In this document: one piece after another, positions 7,451 through 14,100 of the stretch
Numbering within the stretch: position 1 is the stretch's first letter
How the letters are laid out: every line of letters starts with the position of its first letter
Source: Candidatus Woesearchaeota archaeon
GTDB taxonomy: Archaea > Nanobdellota > Nanobdellia > Woesearchaeales > GW2011-AR4
Direction of reading: 5' to 3'
NCBI GenBank assembly: GCA_016181305.1
Contig: JACOZN010000017.1
Span: 1 to 19,850 of the forward strand
Length of the DNA: 19,850 nt
Notes under the pieces: model-generated
Database searches by the model: none
What the model was told of the DNA's origin: nothing
What the model saw: only the letters and a program-made list of their open reading frames with translations
Program-made: the position numbers and the translations under genes

Positions 7451-7912
7451 TTAATGCTTCTTTACTTTGCCCAGCTCTTTTACCAAATCATCTATAATCT
7501 CAACAGGAATATGGATGCCTTTGCATACAGCTTGGTTGCCCATCCTGTTCTCCCTTTTCTCCTGTATGCAGATAAATTTGCCTTCGCTGTTCTCCACAAG
7601 GCTTATGGCGTACTTGGACTTGCCTTTGCCAAGCTCATTCAAATGGCTCATGCTGCCTGAAGGATAATAAACATCAGTATTGCCTTTGGATACTTTGCTG
7701 CATTGGGCTGTGCAGCTAAGCACTTCAAGATGGTGCCATATGGTTGAATATGTAAGCCCTGTAGCTTCCTTTATCTGGGAAATTGTGACTCCTGTGGGAT
7801 TAAGCGCAATTGTCTTCTTCAGAACATTGCCTACGTACTCTTCCTTCTCCTTTGCAGGCAAAGACTTGAAAGTAGTTTTTTCCAATATGTCCGGAGGCAG
7901 GTTTATAGCCAT
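7451..7912 (-). CDS. Winged-helix DNA-binding protein with a C-terminal PUR-repeat-like domain (paralog 2)
   Basis: wHTH GVTISQIKEATGLTYSTIWHHLEVL...SKGNTDVYY. C-terminal YAISLVENSEGKFICIQE...KGIHIPVEIIDDLVKEL. Collinear with 6428..6988. Confidence 0.8.
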   Translation of the reverse strand: MAINLPPDILEKTTFKSLPAKEKEEYVGNVLKKTIALNPTGVTISQIKEATGLTYSTIWHHLEVLSCTAQCSKVSKGNTDVYYPSGSMSHLNELGKGKSKYAISLVENSEGKFICIQEKRENRMGNQAVCKGIHIPVEIIDDLVKELGKVKKH

Positions 7913-7920
7913 TTTAGAGC

Positions 7921-7972
7921 CATTTGAATAAATATTTGAATAGTCATTTGAATGATTATATATAAATTTTTT
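7921..7972 (-). promoter_or_regulatory. Promoter of 7451..7912 overlapped by three ATTTGAAT boxes at 12-bp period
   Basis: The minus strand reads aaaaaa-tttatata (BRE/TATA, ~7959-7972), then boxes at 7946, 7934 and 7922, then the ATG at 7912. Confidence 0.7.
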
Positions 7973-8355
7973 GATAAAATGGCGTTTTTTTATGAGCTAG
8001 CAACCATATAAATGTCATAACGCCTGTAAACTAAAACAGGAAAATTTTATGGATATTGCACTTGGCATAACCTAAACTATAAAAATAAAAAAAATGATAT
8101 TAACATCAGTAATAAATTCACTTGACATTATAGCTTACGCAATAGATGTAGAAAAAATAAAATTAATTCAAACAATCAATTGCATAAGATTAACTGATAA
8201 AATTATATTTACACCAACTATAAAATTTATCTTGGCTTTAACAATTATAGCTCAAATAAAAATTTAAAACAAATTTTCTTCTATAAAATCCATGGAAATT
8301 ATAAGATTAATTCTTGCAAATTCAAGCCGTTTGCAATACTACGAGTGGAAAATTT

Positions 8356-8392
8356 CATTTGAATAAATATTTGAATAGTCATTTGAATGATT
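8356..8392. repeat. Second exact copy of the 37-bp triple-ATTTGAAT element
   Basis: catttgaataaatatttgaatagtcatttgaatgatt is identical at 7921-7957 and 8356-8392 (offset 435). Confidence 0.95.
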
Positions 8393-8582
8393 GACGAGTA
8401 AAACTTGTTAAATCAAGCCATAAAAGAAGGAATACCCAAAAATCACGAGAGCGACTTTGCGCTTCCCAAACTAAAAGAAAGTAATCCGCTTGTGATTATT
8501 TGCCTGAAAGCTCGGGAAGACGGGCGTTAGATTAATTCAAAACAGAAAACTAAATATATAAGTTATGAAATTTATGGATATT

Positions 8583-8780
8583 ATGGCAGACACTACAATA
8601 TCAGTGAGCAAGGGCTTCCATGACTGGCTGAAAGGCAAAGGCAGGAAAGGAGAGAGCTATGAAGATATAATCAGAAGAATGCTAAAGCCGGAATTTCTCA
8701 ATGAGCTTGGCTCTAAAACATCTTCATCTGATGATGAGTCTGGCGCATCTGAAACAGATGCAAGCCTAGAGAACTTGTAG
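8583..8780 (+). CDS. Stand-alone RHH protein (archaeal antitoxin-like) with an acidic/Ser tail
   Basis: MADTTISVSKGFHDWLKGKGRKGESYEDIIRRML matches the TTI.VS...L...K..GES..D.I.R.L pattern. The TATA box aatatataag at ~8553-8562 favours a near-leaderless start at 8583 over 8565. Confidence 0.75.
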   Translation: MADTTISVSKGFHDWLKGKGRKGESYEDIIRRMLKPEFLNELGSKTSSSDDESGASETDASLENL

Positions 8781-8794
8781 TTTTTCTTTAAAAT

Positions 8795-8870
8795 ATACTT
8801 ATATAATATTTATTTTAACTTATAAAAATAAAAAAATACTTAAATAATATATAATAATACTTAATTAATA
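8795..8870. promoter_or_regulatory. Phased ATACTTANNTAATA boxes, cluster 1
   Basis: Exact matches at 8795, 8836 and 8857; degenerate copy near 8816. Confidence 0.55.
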
Positions 8871-9133
8871 TTATAACTTTGTTTAAATTCTTCTATTACA
8901 ATACCAAATAGAAAGCTTTATATATTACTTACTTACAAGTTATGTGTAACTAATAGGTGATAGATTTAAGTACAATTATTAAAACTTACATAATATTCGT
9001 AAAACAGCTCTAAACTTTGGCTTTGCAGCTAGTTAGCTTGTTCTTACTGCAAGCCATGGGGAGTTTGGCGCCCAACACAATTGAATTGAAACAAAATGAA
9101 ACAGAGACTAACATACTTTAATTTCTTTAATAA

Positions 9134-9189
9134 ATACTTATTTAATATAATAAAATACTTAGATAATATATTTTTATACTTATAAAGTA
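9134..9189. promoter_or_regulatory. Phased ATACTTANNTAATA boxes, cluster 2, directly upstream of 9193
   Basis: Matches at 9134 and 9155, and variant ATACTTATAAAGTA at 9176; exact 21-bp period. Confidence 0.6.
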
Positions 9190-9192
9190 AAT

Positions 9193-9699
9193 ATGCCATC
9201 AAAAGAGGAGTTTGTTGAAAAGAAGCTTTTAGATACTTTGAGCTATCTAAGAGAGCAAGGCTTTAGCTCTGAAGAGATTATTGAGCTGATAAGCAAGCTG
9301 TTGAGGGTGGAGGCAAAGGAAGAAGTCAAAGTTCCTATTTCTGTGTTCAACAATGATTACCTAAGTTCTCTGGAAAACATCGTAAAATACCTTCGGGAAA
9401 ACTTGCTTCTAAGCTTCAAGCAGATTGCAGAGCTTACAAACAGGAATGAAATAGCCTTGGCGGTAACGTACAGGAATGCCAAGAAAAAGATGGAGGCAAA
9501 GTTTGTCGTTACTGAAATATCGCCTTATTCAATTCCTGTTTCTATTTTGAAAGACAGGAACATCAGCGTTCTTGAAAATATTGTTGCTTACCTGAAGGAT
9601 AATTTTGGATTGGCGTATCACAAAATTGCTGTTCTGCTGAATCGTGACGACAGGACTATTTGGACTGTGTATCAAAGGGCAAAAAAGAAGAAAAAATGA
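9193..9699 (+). CDS. Tandem-repeat HTH DNA-binding protein (two sigma-region-4-like HTH units)
   Basis: Internal duplication: VPISVFNNDYLSSLENIVKYLRENLLLSFKQIAELTNRN...YRNAKKK versus IPVSILKDRNISVLENIVAYLKDNFGLAYHKIAVLLNRD...YQRAKKK. Confidence 0.8.
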   Translation: MPSKEEFVEKKLLDTLSYLREQGFSSEEIIELISKLLRVEAKEEVKVPISVFNNDYLSSLENIVKYLRENLLLSFKQIAELTNRNEIALAVTYRNAKKKMEAKFVVTEISPYSIPVSILKDRNISVLENIVAYLKDNFGLAYHKIAVLLNRDDRTIWTVYQRAKKKKK

Positions 9700-9761
9700 T
9701 GATTAAAAATGAAAAATAAGAAATTTAGAAGGATTATTGATTTAGAGAATAATTACGTACG

Positions 9762-10193
9762 TTATAATAGCTTTTTTGCCTTCAAGAATTCAACAAGCTC
9801 ATTTGTTGTAAAAACCTTAACTAAAGACTGCTCCTTAAAATGCGGGTCATTTGACCAGATTGGGCATTCATTCATCGACAATGATAAAGCCAGATACTCT
9901 GTATCATCGGGATCTGAAATCAGCTTATTGGCTTCGTCAAGAAATGACTTGAATTTTGATTTTTCAACTATTTTTATGTGTCCTCTTAATTTTGAAATCA
10001 ATGAGTCAATTTCTCCTGAAGATAAAGAAGAAAGCAATTTAATTCGAGATAAATGCTCTTTCAGCTCGTCAAATAAATATTCGGGCGCAAATAGCTTTAA
10101 ACTTTTGGAGAACAACAAGCCTTTTGTTATTCCTGTGCCGGTTAGCCCTGTAAATATTATACCAGAATCAACTGTCAGCTCAACAGAATCCAT
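9762..10193 (-). CDS. vapC: PIN-domain ribonuclease (VapC-like toxin)
   Basis: LTVDSGII, APEYLFDEL, DPDDTEYLALS, IWSNDPHF. Confidence 0.9.
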   Translation of the reverse strand: MDSVELTVDSGIIFTGLTGTGITKGLLFSKSLKLFAPEYLFDELKEHLSRIKLLSSLSSGEIDSLISKLRGHIKIVEKSKFKSFLDEANKLISDPDDTEYLALSLSMNECPIWSNDPHFKEQSLVKVFTTNELVEFLKAKKLL

Positions 10194-10442
10194 TTACCTT
10201 AGCCCCGGATACAATTTCTTGTATCTTGCATGCATTCCCCGGTTAACTTCTTTAGCCAACTGCATTGCATCCTTCTCTGTCAGCTTGGATTTGGAAACAA
10301 TCCTGTTGAACTCCCAGAAATCCTCATGCAGCATTTCACGCTTGATTGCATCCTCTCTTGCAATTTCAGACCAGTTAATCCAGGGGAATTTTTCCATTTT
10401 TGCCCTTAATTCATCGGATATTGTGAATGACACGCTTACCAT
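10194..10442 (-). CDS. vapB: RHH antitoxin (VapB-like)
   Basis: MVSVSFTISDELRAKMEKFPWINWSEIARE; C-terminal SKSKLTEKDAMQL; GAGGTGA RBS; directly upstream of the PIN gene. Confidence 0.85.
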   Translation of the reverse strand: MVSVSFTISDELRAKMEKFPWINWSEIAREDAIKREMLHEDFWEFNRIVSKSKLTEKDAMQLAKEVNRGMHARYKKLYPGLR

Positions 10443-10601
10443 TTATAATTCACCTCTTTGCTTCATGAATTTTTCAAATTCTTCTAAGTACTTAACCTTC
10501 TTCTCAAATGCTCTTCTAAACACCTCAGGCCAGTTTATGTCCTTGTGTTTGTCTAATCTTTCTTTCAATTCTTTTGGCAATGAAATTGTTACTGTTGGCA
10601 T
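10443..10601 (-). CDS. Second, short RHH protein (52 aa), absent from the ORF track
   Basis: Hand translation gives MPTVTISLPKELKERLDKHKDINWPEVFRRAFEKKVKYLEEFEKFMKQRGEL*. GGGAGG RBS at 10611-10616. Paralog of 10194..10442 (INW.E..R). Confidence 0.85.
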   Translation of the reverse strand: MPTVTISLPKELKERLDKHKDINWPEVFRRAFEKKVKYLEEFEKFMKQRGEL

Positions 10602-10610
10602 TTTAGATAA

Positions 10611-10680
10611 CCTCCCTGTTTTAACAATATCACGTGATTACGTAGAAATATTAGAAAACGTGCAAATATATAAATCTTTC
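10611..10680 (-). promoter_or_regulatory. Promoter/operator of the RHH-RHH-PIN operon
   Basis: Minus-strand gaaaga-tttatata BRE/TATA (~10667-10680). Palindrome atcacgtgat (10629-10638) plus two more ACGT cores between the TATA box and the RBS. Confidence 0.6.
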
Positions 10681-10720
10681 GATTCAGGCTTTGATTTAGA
10701 AGGGCAAAGAAAAAGAGAAA

Positions 10721-11140
10721 ATGAGCAGTAAAATAAAAAGAGGAATAGTGTATTTGATTTTGATGATTGTATTAGTCCTTGCATTGTCATCATGCAGCAT
10801 AAACAAGGATTCAAGCTCAATAACTGGGTTTGCAGTCAAGGACGACAAGGAAGACAAGAAAGGCGATGCAGAAAGCGTGACAGGGGCTGCAACAGCAGAT
10901 GCTTCAAACGAAACTGCAAATGAAACAGATGATAAATCCGACGGCAAAGATAAAAAGGAGGACGAGGAAAAAAAGGAAAAAGACGAAAAAGAGGACAAGG
11001 AAAAGCCAAAGGAAAATGTGCCTCCTGTGTGGAAATCCGACATTGAAGAATTTACCTTAAAGGGCAAAACGCCGATTGACTTACTGCAAAAATCGAGTTC
11101 ACTGCAACTGACGGAGAGAAGGCAACAACAAAAGAGATAA
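10721..11140 (+). CDS. N-terminal fragment of a giant surface protein: signal peptide with lipobox-like LSSC, SITGFAV motif, charged linker and start of an Ig-like domain
   Basis: The sensible reading ends at NVPPVWKSDIEEFTLKGKTPIDL (~11082), then shifts to frame 1 (LTAKIEFTATDG). Confidence 0.75.
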   Translation: MSSKIKRGIVYLILMIVLVLALSSCSINKDSSSITGFAVKDDKEDKKGDAESVTGAATADASNETANETDDKSDGKDKKEDEEKKEKDEKEDKEKPKENVPPVWKSDIEEFTLKGKTPIDLLQKSSSLQLTERRQQQKR

Positions 11141-11148
11141 CACTGATT

Positions 11149-14100
11149 GTGCCCGAGAAAACAATAACAAACAGCCTGGAGTACAAGGCTGGAACTGATT
11201 TTGACGCAAATGATGACGGGGTTGAGCCGACAACAGGAATTACAGACATGACTGTTGAGAATTCCGCATTCACCTGGGATGCTGATGAAACAAAGCTCTG
11301 CACGAGATGGAAGGTTGACAGCATAGAGGATGCAAAAAGCACAACTATATGCTACGGCAGCGCTAAATGCTGCAACTTTATTGACTTGGAGCCTTCAAGG
11401 GACAGCTGGAAAGGGGTGTTTTACTCGACATACGGGCAGTACGGGGCAACGCTGAATAATGTAGTAAGCTCACAAATTATTTATGCAGACTACAGCCTGG
11501 GCATAGACGAGCCTTTTGCCGAAATATACTACTCGGAATGGAAAGAGCTGCCTGCCAAGTATTACTTTGAGTTGATAGAATTTGAGAATGTATGCATTGA
11601 CACGTGCATATTAAGCGGCTTTAATGACACAAGCTACAAGCTTATTTTTGAGATTGAAAATGCTGTGCTGAATCTCGACTTTTTGACTTACTCCATTTCA
11701 GAGGAGATAAGCAATGTGCCGGTAAGCCTTGAGGTTAAAGACGACACTGGGGAGATTTCAGGCAGCTATACTTTGTACAGGGACAACGAGCCTGTCCAGA
11801 TTACAGAAGGATTTGTAGAGCCTGACTATTACAACATTGAAGTTACGCCTGTACAAAATGTAATCGACAAGCTGGTTATTGAGAATGCAAACCTTACAAA
11901 GCCGGTGACTGCAAGCATCGGCATTGACAATGTAAGCAGGGAAATCATAATAGAAAATGTTGACGCAAAGAAAAGGTATGCCATTAATCTCGAGGAGCTT
12001 GAGTTTGAGAAAGCCATTTTGACAGCAACTGCAAGCGCAAATTCATTATGGAAATGCAGGCAGTGGGACTATGACAGCGAAGTTTGCTTCGGCACATGGG
12101 AGAAAGTAAAGGACTTGACGCCCGGGCAGCAGTATGATGTAACATTAACGGCAAACGACCCGGGGTTTATCGAAGGAGACACAAACATAACAATTGCTCC
12201 TGTGAACATAACCAATGCAACAATAAACATAACAGGCTTGGCTTTGGCTAAGGACATCCCAAATATAACTATTGCCATTAACAAAAATGCAACGATTGAC
12301 TTGAACGAATATTTCTCCAACATCGATGAAAATACAATATTCACTTACTTTGGGCAGGAAGGCATAAGCATTTTGTTTGAGGGCAGCACGGCAACTATAA
12401 TGCCGGCAGAGAATTTCACAGGAACAATTTATACGTATATAACAGCGGCAAAAGGCAGCGAAACAGCAATCTCAAATGTTTTTGCAGTTAATATAGTGAA
12501 TGTAACAATTGATATAACACCCACAATAATTCTTGAGAAAAAGGATTTCATGCTTGACGAGGATGTTGAGATTGGCTTTGAGTACCTGACAAAGCAGGAA
12601 TTAATTGAAAATACCAGATGGAAAGAGGAATATGAAGTTTACGAAGAAACAACAGACAAAACAGAAGAGGAATTGGAATTATTGAGGGGGAAAATTTCAG
12701 AAGAGGAAAAGCTGCTTTCCGAGGCTGAAAAAGCAGTTAAAAAGCAAAAGAAAAAATGGCAGAAAGCAGATGACGCCATAGAAACATTTGTCTATGACAA
12801 TTCCGGCAATTTAAAAGATGTGGATGTTGAAATAGAGGAATTGAGGGAGGGCAAGTTTGGCGTTAAAATACCAAAGCCAAGAAGCTTTAAGGCTGGAAGA
12901 TACACACTGAAGCTGGATTTGACAAAAGATGGAATTGCTTACTCTTCACAGCAGGACTTTACATGGGGAGTTTTGGCAATTAATGTCAACAAATCAATTT
13001 ACCTGCCTAATGAGGACAGCTTCATCGGAATTGGGGTTCTTGATGATGCCGGCAGAGTAGTTTGCAATGCAGATGTAACTTTGGATATTATTAATCCTCT
13101 AAATCAAAAAACAACACTGACAACTGCAAACGGCGACATTTCAATTTCCCCTGAATGCGCTTATTTGGGAGTTACAGAGCTGCCTGATTACTACACAGGC
13201 TATAAAGTTGGCGGTGTTGGAGCTTATGCAATGAACCTGACTGCTGTGACTGCAAATGGCGTAAGAAGCATATCGGATAACTTTACTGTTCAAAGCTCTG
13301 TTGCATTTGATGTTGCGAGAAAAGGGCCGACAAGGGTTTATCCAAGAGCGCTTTACACAATGAAAATACCGATAATTGCAAACCAAGACTACAACGGCTT
13401 AGTCAATGAGTATGTTCCCTCTTCATTTGCAATCACTCCCCAGGATGGCTTAAGTGTTGCCGCATCTGGCGGCACTTCCATCTTGTCATGGAATGTTGAC
13501 ATGAAGCAAAACGATAAAATTGAATTATCTTACGAGTTTGACGCTCCCGACACTTCTCCTGAGTTTTATCTGCTTGGCCCTCTTGACATTGGCAATTTCA
13601 AAGAAGCAAGGCAGTGGCAGATTGCGAATGACCAGGCAGGAGAATTTAATTTTACCTATCCAGACGCAGGCGCTCCCGGAATGAACCTTGTCGTGCACAT
13701 GGTTGGAACCGGGTTTGCCCCTAATGACGCTGTTACAACAAATTCCTCGGGCAATATAACAGTTGGGCCGATAATTGTCACGGATGCAGACGGCAATTAT
13801 GTTACAACAAATGGCAGAGTGCTGACAACTGTGTTTTACATTCATCCAAATGCAACCCAGCAGGATGTGCAGGTCAATGTAAGCGGAATAAGGCTGCCAA
13901 GCGTGTTCAAGATTATAAGCCCTGTGAGGGACAGCGGCAATTTCACAGGCAAAACCTCAGGAGTCTTTGGCATAGGCGACACAAAAAATGGCACAAGAAC
14001 TGCAAGAGGGACAATTGTATTGGATTCGCTGATAATACCTGCAGGAGTCACTGTAAACATCAGCATGTCGGATACTGATTCTGCGCTTCCCGGAATACAA

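Noticed and set aside
8094-8270. Short AT-rich ORF of under 60 codons between the 37-bp repeats
   Set aside because: No clear RBS, Ile/Lys/Asn-biased composition typical of non-coding AT-rich DNA, and no motif.
7921-8392. 37-bp direct repeats as a CRISPR array
   Set aside because: Only two copies, ~400 bp apart, internally repetitive, and no cas genes in the window.
9709-10731. 340-aa plus-strand ORF
   Set aside because: Antisense shadow of three genuine minus-strand genes that happen to share one frame. Ser/Phe-rich, with no recognisable motif.
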